A stretch of 64,000 nt of DNA from Escherichia coli (GCF_016903815.1 NZ_CP069973.1); one strand, 5' to 3'. Shown: positions 13,128 through 25,643, counted from the stretch's first letter. Translations and numbers: made by a program. The notes: generated by a model not told the origin, from the letters alone.

Positions 13128-13610
13128 ATGAACAAGGTTGCTCAATATTACCGTGAACTGGTCGCGTCACTGAGCGAACGCCTGCGCAATGGCGAACGTG
13201 ATATCGACGCACTGGTGGAACAGGCGCGCGAGCGCGTAATAAAAACAGGGGAGTTAACGCGAACCGAAGTCGATGAGCTGACGCGAGCTGTCAGACGTGA
13301 CCTGGAAGAGTTCGCCATGAGCTATGAAGAGAGCCTGAAAGAAGAATCTGACAGCGTCTTTATGCGGGTGATTAAAGAAAGCTTGTGGCAGGAGTTGGCA
13401 GACATCACCGATAAAACGCAGCTTGAATGGCGCGAAGTTTTCCAGGACCTCAATCATCACGGGGTTTATCACAGCGGAGAAGTGGTAGGGCTGGGTAATC
13501 TGGTCTGCGAGAAATGTCATTTCCATCTCCCGATCTATACACCGGAAGTGCTGACGCTATGCCCGAAATGTGGTCATGACCAGTTCCAGAGACGCCCGTT
13601 CGAGCCGTAA
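13128..13610 (+). CDS. ybeL: DUF1451 zinc-ribbon protein YbeL (160 aa)
   Basis: 160 aa with C-terminal CxxC...CxxC pairs (CEKCHFH...CPKCGH). Confidence 0.8.
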   Translation: MNKVAQYYRELVASLSERLRNGERDIDALVEQARERVIKTGELTRTEVDELTRAVRRDLEEFAMSYEESLKEESDSVFMRVIKESLWQELADITDKTQLEWREVFQDLNHHGVYHSGEVVGLGNLVCEKCHFHLPIYTPEVLTLCPKCGHDQFQRRPFEP

Positions 13611-13654
13611 TGAAATGAGTGGTGCCGGATGGCGTGATGTCATCCGGCGAGTGA

Positions 13655-14590
13655 TTAAGCGTAAAATTTCAGACGATCAGCCAGTAAATCAACAAAGCCC
13701 TGACGATCAACATCGACCATTACAGTGGCATTCGGTTTATTGCCGGTCAGATAATAATAATCAACAACCGTCATACCCTGGGTATATTTCCCTTGTGTTT
13801 CCACGCCAACCCAGCGCTCAACAGTGGTAAACAACTCCGGTTTTAACAGCCAGGCGATGGTACATGGGTCATGCAGCGGTGCGCCGACAAAGCCCCATTT
13901 TTCGTCTTTATGATATTCGAGGAAGAAATCCAGCAGTTCGGCAACAATGGTTGAAACAGGGTTGCCAATCGCGCGGAAACGCTCGGTGTCTTCAACGTGG
14001 ATTTGCGCTTTATGAGTAACATCCAGACCGCCCATCACCACCGGGATCCCTGACTGGAAAACAATTTCTGCCGCTTCCGGGTCAACGTAAATATTAAATT
14101 CAGCCGCAGGCGTCCAGTTACCAAGCCCCATTGCGCCGCCCATAATCACGATACGAGCAATTTTGCTATGCAGTTCCGGATGGCTATTGAGCAGCAAGGC
14201 AACGTTAGTTTGCGGCCCGGTAGAAACAATCGTGACAGGTTTCGCACTTTCACGCAGCGTTTTCGCCATCAGCTCCACCGCCGTACAGTTTTGCGGTGCG
14301 AACGTCGGTTCCGGTAATGCCGGGCCGTCGAGACCGCTTTCGCCGTGCACATTGTCCGCGATAATCAACTCACGCATTAACGGTTTTACCGCGCCGCCTG
14401 CTACCGGAATATCGGTGCGATTAAGCAAGGTCAGCATACGCAGAACATTGCGTAAGGTTTTTTCTGGAGTCTGGTTTCCGGCGGAAGACGTAATTGCTTT
14501 GACATCAAGCTCTGGTGAGGCGAGGGCAAGAACTATTGCGATAGCGTCGTCATGACCTGGGTCGCAATCTAACAGAATTGGCAGTGCCAT
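13655..14590 (-). CDS. rihA: Pyrimidine-specific ribonucleoside hydrolase RihA (311 aa from [15 protein letters not shown])
   Basis: DCDPGHDD nucleoside hydrolase motif; the track ORF starts 11 codons upstream. Confidence 0.88.
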   Translation of the reverse strand: MALPILLDCDPGHDDAIAIVLALASPELDVKAITSSAGNQTPEKTLRNVLRMLTLLNRTDIPVAGGAVKPLMRELIIADNVHGESGLDGPALPEPTFAPQNCTAVELMAKTLRESAKPVTIVSTGPQTNVALLLNSHPELHSKIARIVIMGGAMGLGNWTPAAEFNIYVDPEAAEIVFQSGIPVVMGGLDVTHKAQIHVEDTERFRAIGNPVSTIVAELLDFFLEYHKDEKWGFVGAPLHDPCTIAWLLKPELFTTVERWVGVETQGKYTQGMTVVDYYYLTGNKPNATVMVDVDRQGFVDLLADRLKFYA

Positions 14591-14707
14591 TGTTGCTCCT
14601 TGTTGTGTGCTTCTTTGCGACAAGGGTAACGCCAGGATGTAACAGATACGAGGAGCGAAACGATAAAGCGTGAGATGGCGCGCACTTGGGTATGCGCGCC
14701 AGAGTGA

Positions 14708-15433
14708 TTAATGCAGGATTTTCGCGAGGAAGTCTTTTGCGCGGTCCGATTTCGGATCATCGAAGAAAGCGTCTTTCGGCGAGTCTTCGACAATTTTACC
14801 CTCGTCCATAAAGATCACCCGATTCGCCACTTTACGGGCAAAGCCCATTTCGTGGGTCACCACCATCATGGTCATTCCTTCGTTCGCCAGTTCGACCATT
14901 ACGTCCAGCACTTCGTTGATCATCTCCGGATCCAGCGCCGATGTCGGTTCGTCGAACAGCATGGCAATAGGATCCATACACAATGCGCGAGCGATCGCCA
15001 CACGCTGTTGCTGACCGCCGGAAAGCTGCGCCGGAAATTTATTGGCATGTGCGGAAAGTCCCACGCGCTCCAGCAATTTCAATGCTTTTTCACGAGCGGG
15101 TGCTTTATCGCGTTTAAGCACTTTCACCTGCGCCAGGGTCAGGTTTTCAATAATCGACAAATGGGGGAACAACTCGAAATGCTGGAACACCATCCCGACG
15201 CGGGAACGCAGCTTTGCCAGATCGGTTTTCTTATCGTTAACCACGATGCCATCGACGGTAATTTCACCTTGCTGCACCGGTTCGAGGCCGTTGACGGTTT
15301 TAATCAGCGTTGATTTGCCGGAACCAGACGGGCCGCAAACCACCACCACTTCGCCTTTTTTCACTTCGGTTGAGCAGTCGGTCAGCACCTGAAAGTGACC
15401 ATACCATTTTGAAACATTTTTCAGGGTAATCAT
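14708..15433 (-). CDS. gltL: Glutamate/aspartate ABC transporter ATP-binding protein GltL
   Basis: Walker A (GPSGSGKST), ABC signature (LSGGQQQR) and Walker B motifs. Confidence 0.9.
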   Translation of the reverse strand: MITLKNVSKWYGHFQVLTDCSTEVKKGEVVVVCGPSGSGKSTLIKTVNGLEPVQQGEITVDGIVVNDKKTDLAKLRSRVGMVFQHFELFPHLSIIENLTLAQVKVLKRDKAPAREKALKLLERVGLSAHANKFPAQLSGGQQQRVAIARALCMDPIAMLFDEPTSALDPEMINEVLDVMVELANEGMTMMVVTHEMGFARKVANRVIFMDEGKIVEDSPKDAFFDDPKSDRAKDFLAKILH

Positions 15434-16107
15434 TATGCTGTCCTTCTTTTCAAGTAGCTGACCAACAACGACGCGCTAAGGCTAATAACGAAATAAACAA
15501 ATCCGGCAAACAGGATCATCTCAACCTGCGTACCATCACGCTCACCAATGGTTGAGGCGGTACGGAAGAAATCGGCCAGAGATAACACATACACCAGTGA
15601 GGTATCCTGGAACAGTACGATGCCCTGAGTGAGCAGCAGCGGCACCATCGCGCGGAAAGCCTGCGGCAGAATAATCAGTTTCATCGACTGCCAGTGAGTC
15701 ATCCCCAACGCCAGCGCGGCGCTCGACTGACCACGGGAAATACTTTGAATACCGGCACGGATAATCTCTGAATAGTAGGCCGCTTCAAACATCGAAAACG
15801 CCACCATCGCCGAAATTAAACGGATATCATTTTTTGGCGATAATCCCAGCACGTTTTGCAGAAAACCCGGCACAATCAGGTAAAACCACAGCAAAACCAT
15901 AACTAAAGGAATCGAGCGGAATACGTTAACGTAGGCTTTGGCAAACCACGCTACGGGCGCAAAGCTGGACAAGCGCATCACCGCCAGCATGGTGCCCCAC
16001 AAAATACCAATCACGACTGCCGTGACGGTGATTTTCAGGGTGATCACCAGCCCATCCAGCAGATATGGCAGGGAAGGGACAATGGAACTCCAGTCAAACT
16101 CGTACAT
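15433..16107 (-). CDS. gltK: Glutamate/aspartate ABC transporter permease GltK
   Basis: Polar amino-acid permease with multiple TM segments; start overlaps the gltL stop. Confidence 0.88.
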
Positions 16108-16847
16108 TATTTGCCCCCCATGTTGCCGGGCAGGCGAACTTTACGTTCAACCAGCGTCATCACCAGCATGATAAAAGCGTTAATCAACACATACGCAAGC
16201 GTAATGGCGGTAAACGACTCCCAGGCGTGGGCTGAGTAATCAAGCAATTTACCGGCCTGCGCTGCCATATCCACCAGACCGATGGTCGAGGCGATGGCGG
16301 AGTTTTTCACCAGGTTCATCATCTCGGAGGTCATCGGCGGGACGATAACGCGATAAGCATTAGGCAACAGTACATAGCGGTAAGCCTGCGGCAGCGTCAG
16401 ACCCATCGCCAGCGCGGCATTCTTCTGCCCACGCGGCAGCGACTGGATCGCGGCGCGTACCTGTTCGCAAACACGGGCGGCGGTAAACAGCCCCAGGCAA
16501 AGCATGGATGAAAGGAAAAACTGAATATTGGGATCCAGCTCGGCCTTAAACCACATGCCGATTTTCTCCGGCAACAGCTCCGGGATCACCAGATACCAGG
16601 TAAAGAATTGCACAATCAACGGCACGTTGCGGAACAGTTCGACATACAACGTACCCAGACCGGAGAGAAAACGGTTTGGAACGGTACGTAAAATGCCGAA
16701 AAATGAACCGACGAGGAAAGCGATAATCCAGGCGCAGATCGACAAAGCGATCGTCACCTGAAAACCACTCCAGATCCAACCAAGATAGGTGGTGTTGCCG
16801 AACGGGGCTTGTTGTAAAAAAATACCCCAGTTCCAGTCTATAGACAT
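16107..16847 (-). CDS. gltJ: Glutamate/aspartate ABC transporter permease GltJ
   Basis: Permease paralog; overlapping stop/start with gltK. Confidence 0.88.
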
Positions 16848-16849
16848 AA

Positions 16850-17016
16850 ATCTACTCCAGAAAAAAGAGGGTAGCAGCGTTAACTGCTACCCTCGAAGAT
16901 TGTTACCCAGCGTATTGCGGTTTTCAGGCCCGATGGGGAACGACCATCAGGCGTATAGTCTGTCCGTGCTACGTAACAATCGAGAGGGCTGGAATTTCCG
17001 CCCCTGGTTCTTGTAA
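16850..17016 (-). ncRNA. sroC: Candidate SroC sRNA, processed from the gltI–gltJ intergenic part of the gltIJKL mRNA
   Basis: Established knowledge that SroC derives from this intergenic spacer; structured GC-rich segments visible (gggtagcagcgttaactgctaccc); boundaries approximate. Confidence 0.4.
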
Positions 17017-17925
17017 TTAGTTCAGTGCCTTGTCATTCGGTTCTTTGAACAGTGCTTTCATTTCGTCTGACAGTTCGAAATTCATGTTCAGGTTTTTCGG
17101 CGGAATTGGGTTTTTGAACCATTTATCAAACCATTTTTCCGCTTCACCGGAGGTCTGCACCTGAGCGATAGTGTCATCCATCAGCTTTTTGAACTGCGGA
17201 TCGTCTTTACGCAACATGCAACCGTAGGCTTCCTGAGACTGCGGCTTGCCGACGATTTCCCAGTTGTCTGGTTTCTTCGCTTTCGCACGTTCACCAGCCA
17301 GCAGAGCATCATCCATCATAAAGGCAACGGCACGACCGCTTTCCAGGGTGCGGAAAGAGTCACCGTGATCTTTGGCGCTGATAATTCGCATATTCATTTT
17401 TTGCTCTTCATTCAGTTTGTTGAGCAAAACTTCAGAGGTAGTGCCGGAAGTGACGACTACGGCTTTGCCTTTCAGATCGGCGAAATCTTTGATATCGCCA
17501 CCCTTTTTGGTCAACAGGCGCGTACCGACCACGAAAATAGTGTCAGAGAAAGCCGCCTGTTTTTGGCGTTCGACGTTGTTGGTGGTAGAACCACATTCAA
17601 AATCGAAAGTGCCGTTTTGCAGCAGTGGAATACGGTTTTGTGAGGTGATCGGAATCAGTTTCACCTGCAAGTCCGGTTTGTTGAGTTTCTTTTTCACTGC
17701 TTCAACAATGGCGTTGGAGTAATCCTGCGAGTAACCCACCACTTTTTGCTGATTGTCGTAATAAGAGAAAGGTACTGAAGATTCACGGTGACCGACGACA
17801 ATCACACCGTTTTTGGCGATTTTGTCCAGCGTACTGCCCGCTGCCGGGGCGGCGTCATCTGCCTGTGCCAGTCCTGCGGAAAGCGCCAGGGCGAGGATTG
17901 CTGTGGCAGGTTTACGTAATTGCAT
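17017..17925 (-). CDS. gltI: Glutamate/aspartate periplasmic binding protein GltI (from MQLRKPATAIL)
   Basis: Signal peptide followed by a substrate-binding protein fold sequence; the track ORF extends 25 codons upstream. Confidence 0.88.
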   Translation of the reverse strand: MQLRKPATAILALALSAGLAQADDAAPAAGSTLDKIAKNGVIVVGHRESSVPFSYYDNQQKVVGYSQDYSNAIVEAVKKKLNKPDLQVKLIPITSQNRIPLLQNGTFDFECGSTTNNVERQKQAAFSDTIFVVGTRLLTKKGGDIKDFADLKGKAVVVTSGTTSEVLLNKLNEEQKMNMRIISAKDHGDSFRTLESGRAVAFMMDDALLAGERAKAKKPDNWEIVGKPQSQEAYGCMLRKDDPQFKKLMDDTIAQVQTSGEAEKWFDKWFKNPIPPKNLNMNFELSDEMKALFKEPNDKALN

Positions 17926-18321
17926 ATCCAACTCCTTTATCTTCTGCGTTAAGAACGCATGGATACCCGTTGTGAGTGTTTGTGTTGTTATCGTCTGCAA
18001 CTTTATTGTGCAGTGTTGTGCCTGTTAGGTAACATTTAGTTTGGCTAAATGTAAAGATATTGCTGTTTTATTGTTTGTTTTTGCGAGATGCGCCGCACCA
18101 TTCCGAAGCAAAATTCTTAAAATGCACTCTTTTGGTGCTACCCGTGGATTGCTGTGGTGCAACCGGGTTGTACTGATGCTGGTTCAAGCTTTGCCTTGTA
18201 TAACAAAGCAATAGATGTGCCAAAGTTGGATAGGGGAATTTTGTTATCCGGATAACGCACTGATGCCGCATCCGGTGAGCGTGCCGAAATACGGGATGTA
18301 TTCCGGCACGATAAGAAGGGA

Positions 18322-19860
18322 TTATTTACGTCGTTGACGCAGGCTCATCAGCACAGCAGCAAAACCAAACAATGCCGTCAGTACCCACAGCGGCCAGTTG
18401 CCGGTACGTGCGTACGGTGTAAGTCCGGTAGTCGGCGTCACGTTAGTGGTCAACACTTCGCGGGTGAACTGCGGGATCATTGCCTGAATCTCACCCTGCG
18501 GGCCAATCACCGCCGTAATACCGTTGTTGGTGCTACGCAGCAATGGGCGCGCCAGCTCCAGCGCACGCATTCGCGCCATCTGGAAGTGTTGCCATGGACC
18601 AATAGATTTACCAAACCACGCATCGTTGGAGATAGTCAGCAGGTAGTCGGTATCCGGGCGGAAGTTATCGCGCACTTGCTCGCCGAGAATGATCTCATAG
18701 CAAATGGCCGCAGTAAGCTCAATACCATTCACCGACAGCGGCGGCTGGATATATGGCCCACGGCTGAACGACGACATCGGCAGATCAAAGAACGGTGCTA
18801 ACGGACGCAGAATCGACTCCAGCGGGACAAACTCGCCAAACGGCACCAGATGGTTTTTGTTATAGCGATCGGCTGATTCGTAGCTGTACGGTGCACCTTT
18901 ACCCAGCGTGATGATGGTGTTGTAGGTATCGTAGCGGTTCTGCTTATTGAGACGCGCGTCAACAATTCCGGTTACAAGCGTACTCCCTTTATCGCGCAAC
19001 TCACCGTCCAGTGCTTTGAGGAACGGTTGCTGATTAATTTCCAGATCGGTTATCGCCGACTCCGGCCAGATAATCAACGATGATTTGCCCATCAGCGGTG
19101 CCGTCGCGTTGTAATAAATTTTCAGCGTATTAAGAAGCTGGCTTTCGTCCCACTTCAGCGATTGCGGAATATCGCCCTGAACCATCGAAACCTGAATGGT
19201 TTTCTCCGGTTGCGGGGTAAACCACTGGATGTAACGCAGCGGGAAGGGAAGGGCAAACAGCACGACGGCCACTACCAGCGGACGCCAGTTGCGTTTGACC
19301 AACGCCAGTGCCAGCAGGCCACTAACCATCATCAGCAGGAAGTTAATGGCTTCCACGCCCATTATCGGTGCCAGCCCTTTTAACGGGCCATCAATCTGGC
19401 TATAGCCGAACTGTAACCACGGGAAGCCGGTCAGCACCCAACCGCGCAGAAACTCGGTCACTTGCCAGAGAGCAGGGGCGGCAATCGCCACGCGCAGCCA
19501 GGTGGTTTTCGGCCATAGACGCGACAGCACGCCAGCAAACAGTCCGGTATACAGCGACAAATACGCCGCCAGCAGCACCACCAGGAAGATGTTAACCGGG
19601 CCAGGCATTCCGCCAAAAGTCGCGATGCTGACATAGACCCAGTTAATACCGCTGCCAAAGAGGCCAAATCCCCAGCAAAAGCCAATAGCGGCAGACTGGA
19701 GTGGACGGCGGTTAAAGGTCAGCGCCTGAAGCCCCATCAGCGAAATAATCGCCGCAGGCCAGACGTCGTAAGGAGAGAAGGCCAGCGTTCCGCAGGCACC
19801 GAATAATAACGCCAGCAGCAGGCGAATGCGCTGGCGTTCAATTAATGAGGCAAAAGCCAT
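18322..19860 (-). CDS. lnt: Apolipoprotein N-acyltransferase Lnt (512 aa)
   Basis: N-terminal TM region plus C-terminal nitrilase-like domain; 512 aa. Confidence 0.9.
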   Translation of the reverse strand: MAFASLIERQRIRLLLALLFGACGTLAFSPYDVWPAAIISLMGLQALTFNRRPLQSAAIGFCWGFGLFGSGINWVYVSIATFGGMPGPVNIFLVVLLAAYLSLYTGLFAGVLSRLWPKTTWLRVAIAAPALWQVTEFLRGWVLTGFPWLQFGYSQIDGPLKGLAPIMGVEAINFLLMMVSGLLALALVKRNWRPLVVAVVLFALPFPLRYIQWFTPQPEKTIQVSMVQGDIPQSLKWDESQLLNTLKIYYNATAPLMGKSSLIIWPESAITDLEINQQPFLKALDGELRDKGSTLVTGIVDARLNKQNRYDTYNTIITLGKGAPYSYESADRYNKNHLVPFGEFVPLESILRPLAPFFDLPMSSFSRGPYIQPPLSVNGIELTAAICYEIILGEQVRDNFRPDTDYLLTISNDAWFGKSIGPWQHFQMARMRALELARPLLRSTNNGITAVIGPQGEIQAMIPQFTREVLTTNVTPTTGLTPYARTGNWPLWVLTALFGFAAVLMSLRQRRK

Positions 19861-19884
19861 GTAGTTATCTATCCAGTTTCGGTT

Positions 19885-20763
19885 TTATTCATCCAGCTTC
19901 GGCTGGGGTGAGTCATCCGGGATTTTGACATGAACCTGAATAATACGCCGACTGTCGGCCATCGCCACTTTGAACTGGTAACCGTCGATGTCGATGGTTT
20001 CGCCACGCGCCGGAAGATGCCCAAATGCCTGCATCACCAGACCACCGATAGTGTCAACCTCTTCATCGCTAAAGTGGGTGCCGAACGCTTCGTTGAAATC
20101 TTCGATGGAAGCCAGTGCGCGCACGGTCCAGGTGTGGCGGCTAAGTTGACGGAAGTCGATATCATCTTCTTCGTCATACTCGTCTTCAATCTCACCAACA
20201 ATCAGTTCCAGGATGTCTTCAATGGTCACCAGACCGGAAACTCCACCGAATTCGTCAATGACGATCGCCATGTGGTAACGCTGAGAGCGAAACTCTTTCA
20301 GCATCCGGTCTACGCGCTTACTTTCAGGAACGACAACTGCCTGACGTAACACTTTGTCCATGCTGAAGGCTTCAGCATCGCTGCGCATAAACGGCAGCAA
20401 GTCTTTCGCCATCAGAATCCCTTCAATGTGATCTTTGTCTTCGCTAATCACCGGGAAACGTGAGTGGGCGGACTCGATGATGACATCAAGGCATTCGTCC
20501 AGCGTCTGGTTGCGTTTCAGGGTAATCATCTGGGAGCGGGGGATCATGATGTCGCGGACGCGTTGGTCTGCGATGTCCATCACCCCTTCGAGCATATCGC
20601 GCGTATCTTCGTCGATAAGGTCGTTCTGCCCGGAATCACGGATCAGCGCCAGCAGTTCGTCACGGTTTTTCGGTTCACCGTGGAAAAGTTGGCTGAGTAA
20701 CAGGGAGAAAAATCCCTTCTTGTTGCTTATCGTGTCACTACTGTGTGAATTGTCGTCGCTCAT
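19885..20763 (-). CDS. corC: Magnesium/cobalt efflux-associated protein CorC (YbeX), CBS-pair plus CorC_HlyC domains
   Basis: 292 aa; synteny in the ybeZYX–lnt operon. Confidence 0.88.
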   Translation of the reverse strand: MSDDNSHSSDTISNKKGFFSLLLSQLFHGEPKNRDELLALIRDSGQNDLIDEDTRDMLEGVMDIADQRVRDIMIPRSQMITLKRNQTLDECLDVIIESAHSRFPVISEDKDHIEGILMAKDLLPFMRSDAEAFSMDKVLRQAVVVPESKRVDRMLKEFRSQRYHMAIVIDEFGGVSGLVTIEDILELIVGEIEDEYDEEDDIDFRQLSRHTWTVRALASIEDFNEAFGTHFSDEEVDTIGGLVMQAFGHLPARGETIDIDGYQFKVAMADSRRIIQVHVKIPDDSPQPKLDE

Positions 20764-20852
20764 GGCGTCGTATGGGTTCTCATGTTAGTTAATCAAAACG
20801 CCGTCGTTAATCACCAACGGCGGGGACGTCTGCCAGTCAAATGCCTGGCAAA

Positions 20853-21320
20853 TTATTCTTTCTCGGCAATGTACGGATCCTCATAGCCCAGAGCAAGCAT
20901 AATCTCTGTTTCGAGGGCTTCCATTTCTTCTGCTTCGTCATCTTCGATGTGATCGTAACCTAACAAATGCAGACTGCCGTGCACCACCATATGCGCCCAG
21001 TGCGCCTCCAGTGGTTTGCCTTGCTCCTGAGCTTCCTTCTCAACCACCTGACGGCAGATAACCAGATCGCCCAGTAGCGACATTTCCATGCCAGGCGGCA
21101 CTTCAAACGGGAAGGAGAGCACGTTGGTCGGCTTATCCTTACCGCGATAGGTCAGATTCAGACTGTGGCTTTCGGCGGTATCGACCACGCGAATAGTCAC
21201 TTCCGACTCTTCCTGAAACTGCGGGATCACCGCATTCAGCCATGTTTGAAACTGGCTCTCTTCCGGTAACCCGGAATTATCTTCACATGCCAGTTGTAAA
21301 TCGAGGATCACCTGACTCAT
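20853..21320 (-). CDS. ybeY: Endoribonuclease YbeY (155 aa)
   Basis: [11 protein letters not shown] zinc-binding motif. Confidence 0.9.
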
Positions 21321-22357
21321 TTTTGTTCCTGTTCTTCGCGCTTGCGTTCTGCTGCCAGCGCCGCTTTACGTTTTTGTTCTGCTTCTTCCCAGGCTTCATA
21401 AGCGTTAACGATACGCGCCACCACCGGGTGACGAACCACGTCTTCGCTGTGGAAGAAGTTAAAGCTGATCTCTTCAACATCGGCCAGCACTTCGATGGCG
21501 TGACGCAAGCCTGACTTGGTATTACGCGGCAGGTCGATCTGTGTGACGTCGCCGGTGATAACCGCTTTTGAGTTAAAACCGATACGGGTCAGGAACATCT
21601 TCATCTGTTCGATGGTGGTGTTCTGGCTCTCATCGAGAATGATAAACGCGTCGTTCAGCGTACGACCACGCATATAGGCCAGCGGCGCGACTTCAATAAC
21701 GTTGCGCTCAATCAGTTTCTCGACTTTCTCAAAGCCCAGCATTTCAAACAGCGCGTCGTACAGTGGGCGCAGATACGGGTCTACTTTCTGGCTTAAATCG
21801 CCAGGCAGGAAGCCCAGTTTCTCACCGGCTTCGACCGCCGGACGAGTCAGCAGAATACGGCGAATTTCCTGACGCTCCAGGGCATCAACTGCCGCAGCCA
21901 CTGCCAGGTAGGTTTTACCCGTACCCGCCGGGCCAACGCCGAAGGTGATGTCATGGTCGAGAATATTGGCAATGTACTGCGCCTGGTTTGGCGTGCGCGG
22001 CTTGATTACGCCGCGTTTGGTTTTGATATTGACCGCTTTGCCGTACTCCGGCACGCTCTCCGCGCTTTGCTCCAGTACCCGCGCTTCTTTAATCGCAAGG
22101 TGGATCTGTTCCGGTTCGATATCCTGAATCTGGCCGCGCATCGGGGCGGTATCGACATACAGGCTACGCAGAATGTCTGCCGCAGCGGTGACGCAAATCG
22201 GACGGCCGGTCAGTTTAAAGTGGTTATCGCGGCGATTGATCTCGATGCCGAGACGGCGTTCGAGCTGCTTGATGTTGTCATCAAACGGGCCGCACAGGCT
22301 CAACAGACGCGCATTGTCTGCTGGCTCCAGGGTGATTTCGCGAGTGTCTATGTTCAA
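21317..22357 (-). CDS. ybeZ: PhoH-like ATPase YbeZ; probable TTG start at 22357 (track ORF extends to 22396)
   Basis: Walker A (GPAGTGKT); start choice is from memory of the protein N-terminus ([11 protein letters not shown]) and is uncertain. Confidence 0.82.
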
Positions 22358-22509
22358 ACCGTTCCTCTTATCTGTATGCCGCCGGAAGCTGAACATTCAC
22401 CGGCCTATAAGGAAATTATTCACGCCACAGGAAAAAGGCGCAAGCATTGCGATAAAGATGGGGATAAAGAGAGAAAAAACAAGGCCCACCGGAACGGCGG
22501 GCCTGAGAA

Positions 22510-23934
22510 TTACGGCTGATAATAACCCACGCCAAGGTCGTTTTCTTTGCGGGTACGGGCAATCACCGATTCCGGTGTTTCTGCCACGCGCAGACCCATT
22601 TCATCTTCAGTTCGCACCACTTTACCGCGCAGAGAGTTCGGGTAGACGTCGGTAATTTCTACATCGACGAATTTACCGATCATATCCGGTGTACCTTCGA
22701 AGTTAACCACTCGGTTATTTTCAGTGCGACCGGAAAGCTCCATGATGCTCTTACGCGATGTACCTTCTACCAGAATACGCTGGGTGGTGCCGAGCATTCG
22801 GCGGCTCCATGCCATCGCTTGCTGATTAATGCGTTCTTGCAGAATATACAGACGCTGCTTCTTCTCTTCTTCCGGAACATCATCAACCATATCGGCGGCT
22901 GGTGTACCTGGACGAGCGGAGAAGATAAAGCTGTAGCTCATGTCGAAATTGACGTCGGCAATCAGCTTCATCGTTTTCTCGAAGTCTTCGGTGGTTTCGC
23001 CAGGGAAGCCAACGATGAAGTCAGAACTGATCTGAATATCCGGACGCGCCGCACGCAGCTTACGGATGATCGCTTTGTACTCCAGCGCTGTATGGGTACG
23101 TCCCATCAGGTTCAGAATGCGATCGGAACCGCTCTGTACCGGCAGATGCAGGAAGCTCACCAGCTCCGGCGTGTCGCGGTACACTTCGATGATATCGTCG
23201 GTGAATTCGATCGGATGGCTGGTGGTAAAGCGAATACGATCGATCCCGTCGATCGCAGCAACCAGACGCAGCAGATCGGCAAACGATCCGGTGGTGCCGT
23301 CGTAGTTTTCACCACGCCAGGCGTTCACGTTCTGACCGAGCAGGTTGACTTCACGCACGCCCTGAGCCGCAAGCTGGGCGATCTCAAACAGAATATCGTC
23401 GGACGGACGGCTTACCTCTTCACCACGGGTGTAAGGCACTACGCAGTAGGTGCAATATTTATTGCAGCCTTCCATGATGGAGACAAACGCGGTCGGCCCT
23501 TCGGCACGCGGTTCCGGCAGACGGTCAAACTTCTCGATTTCCGGGAAGCTGATATCTACAACCGGGCTGCGGTCGCCGCGCACGGAGTTGATCATCTCCG
23601 GCAGACGGTGCAGCGTTTGCGGCCCAAAAATAATATCGACATAGTGGGCGCGCTGGCGAATGTGCTCGCCTTCTTGCGATGCCACGCAGCCGCCGACGCC
23701 GATAATCAGGTCTGGATTCTTCTCTTTTAACAGTTTCCAGCGACCCAACTGATGGAAGACTTTTTCCTGAGCCTTCTCGCGGATTGAGCAGGTGTTCAGC
23801 AGCAGCACATCCGCTTCTTCCGCCACGTCGGTCAGTTGATAGCCGTGGGTGGCATCCAGCAGATCGGCCATCTTCGATGAATCGTACTCGTTCATCTGAC
23901 AGCCCCAGGTTTTAATATGGAGTTTTTTGGTCAT
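22510..23934 (-). CDS. miaB: tRNA-2-methylthio-N6-dimethylallyladenosine synthase MiaB (radical SAM, 474 aa)
   Basis: N-terminal Cys triad and radical-SAM CxxxCxxC (CNKYCTYC) motifs. Confidence 0.92.
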
Positions 23935-24079
23935 CGACTTGCTCTTGCGAAATAGTAGCCAGGAATGCAGGGCGCATAGTGTAATGCTTTGCTGCCGTTG
24001 TGACCAGTATGAGCGTTATCAGCCCTTGGGGGTAAAAATCCTGTAAACTTAAAGCATATTGCTAACAGGATGATTGACC

Positions 24080-25255
24080 ATGACAAATCAACCAACGGAA
24101 ATTGCCATTGTCGGCGGAGGAATGGTCGGCGGCGCACTGGCGCTGGGACTGGCTCAGCACGGATTTGCGGTAACGGTGATCGAGCACGCAGAACCTGCAC
24201 CGTTTGTCGCTGATAGCCAACCGGACGTGCGGATCTCGGCGATCAGCGCGGCTTCGGTATCATTGCTTAAAGGATTAGGGGTCTGGGATGCAGTACAGGC
24301 TATGCGTTGCCATCCTTACCGCAGACTGGAAACGTGGGAGTGGGAAACGGCGCATGTGGTATTTGACGCAGCCGAATTAAAGTTGCCGTTGCTTGGCTAT
24401 ATGGTAGAAAACACTGTCCTGCAACAGGCATTGTGGCAGGCGCTGGAAGCGCATCCGAAAGTAACGTTACGTGTGCCAGGCTCGCTGATTGCGCTGCATC
24501 GCCATAATGATCTTCAGGAGCTGGAGCTGAAAGGCGGTGAAGTGATTCGCGCGAAGCTGGTGATTGGTGCCGACGGCGCAAATTCGCAGGTGCGGCAGAT
24601 GGCGGGAATTGGCGTTCATGCATGGCAGTATGCGCAGTCGTGCATGTTGATTAGCGTCCAGTGCGAGAACGATCCCGGCGATAGCACCTGGCAGCAATTT
24701 ACCCCGGATGGACCGCGTGCGTTTCTGCCGTTGTTTGATAACTGGGCATCGCTGGTGTGGTATGACTCTCCGGCGCGCATTCGCCAGTTGCAGAATATGA
24801 ATATGGCGCAGTTACAGGCGGAAATCGCGAAGCATTTCCCGTCGCGTCTGGGTTACGTGACACCGCTTGCCGCTGGCGCGTTTCCGCTGACGCGTCGCCA
24901 TGCGTTGCAGTATGTGCAGCCGGGGCTTGCGCTGGTGGGCGATGCCGCGCATACCATCCATCCGCTGGCGGGGCAGGGGGTGAATCTTGGTTATCGTGAT
25001 GTCGATGCCCTGATTGACGTTCTGGTCAACGCTCGCAGCTATGGCGAAGCGTGGGCCAGTTATCCGATACTCAAGCGTTACCAGATGCGGCGCATGGCGG
25101 ATAACTTCATTATGCAGAGCGGTATGGATCTGTTTTATGCCGGATTCAGCAATAATCTGCCACCACTGCGTTTTGTGCGTAATCTTGGTTTGATGGCGGC
25201 GGAGCGTGCTGGCGTGTTGAAACGTCAGGCGCTGAAATATGCGTTAGGGTTGTAG
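24080..25255 (+). CDS. ubiF: FAD-dependent ubiquinone biosynthesis hydroxylase UbiF (391 aa from ATG at 24080)
   Basis: GGGMVGG FAD-binding motif; the track ORF starts at an upstream TTG (24074). Confidence 0.9.
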   Translation: MTNQPTEIAIVGGGMVGGALALGLAQHGFAVTVIEHAEPAPFVADSQPDVRISAISAASVSLLKGLGVWDAVQAMRCHPYRRLETWEWETAHVVFDAAELKLPLLGYMVENTVLQQALWQALEAHPKVTLRVPGSLIALHRHNDLQELELKGGEVIRAKLVIGADGANSQVRQMAGIGVHAWQYAQSCMLISVQCENDPGDSTWQQFTPDGPRAFLPLFDNWASLVWYDSPARIRQLQNMNMAQLQAEIAKHFPSRLGYVTPLAAGAFPLTRRHALQYVQPGLALVGDAAHTIHPLAGQGVNLGYRDVDALIDVLVNARSYGEAWASYPILKRYQMRRMADNFIMQSGMDLFYAGFSNNLPPLRFVRNLGLMAAERAGVLKRQALKYALGL

Positions 25256-25289
25256 CCTTACAACATTGCCGGATGCATGCCAACCGTAG

Positions 25290-25325
25290 GTCGGATAAGA
25301 CGCGTCAGCGTCGCATCCGACTTTG
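25290..25325. repeat. REP (repetitive extragenic palindromic) element downstream of ubiF
   Basis: gtaggtcggataagacgcgtcagcgtcgcatccgac matches the REP/BIME palindromic-unit pattern. Confidence 0.6.
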
Positions 25326-25375
25326 AAGGATAAGACGTGTCAACATCGCATTCGACATTGAATGAACGCAGAAAA

Positions 25376-25404
25376 GCAAAAAGCTCGCCGAAGCGAGCTT
25401 TTTT
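25376..25404. terminator. Bidirectional rho-independent terminator (aaaagctcgcc-gaa-gcgagctttttt) shared by ubiF and the tRNA operon
   Basis: Perfect 8-bp stem flanked by an A-run and a T-run. Confidence 0.7.
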
Positions 25405-25408
25405 AATG

Positions 25409-25483
25409 TGGCTGGGGTACGAGGATTCGAACCTCGGAATGCCGGAATCAGAATCCGGTGCCTTACCGCTTGGCGATACCCCA
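25409..25483 (-). tRNA. glnX: tRNA-Gln (anticodon CUG)
   Basis: 75-nt cloverleaf ending in CCA; anticodon loop ttCTGat read from the reverse complement. Confidence 0.9.
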
Positions 25484-25520
25484 ACTGGGTGCACTTACGA
25501 TGTAAGCGTCTTGAATAAAT

Positions 25521-25595
25521 TGGCTGGGGTACGAGGATTCGAACCTCGGAATGCCGGAATCAGAATCCGGTGCCTTACCGCTTGGCGATACCCCA
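25521..25595 (-). tRNA. glnV: tRNA-Gln (anticodon CUG)
   Basis: Identical copy of the preceding tRNA-Gln(CUG). Confidence 0.9.
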
Positions 25596-25643
25596 ACAAA
25601 TTGGTTTTTGAATTTGCCGAACATATTCGACACATTCAGAATT

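Noticed and set aside
18241-18313. Possible REP element or terminator between gltI upstream region and lnt
   Set aside because: Only a partial REP-like match (gatgccgcatccgg) and a hairpin with an unusually long loop; too weak to call.
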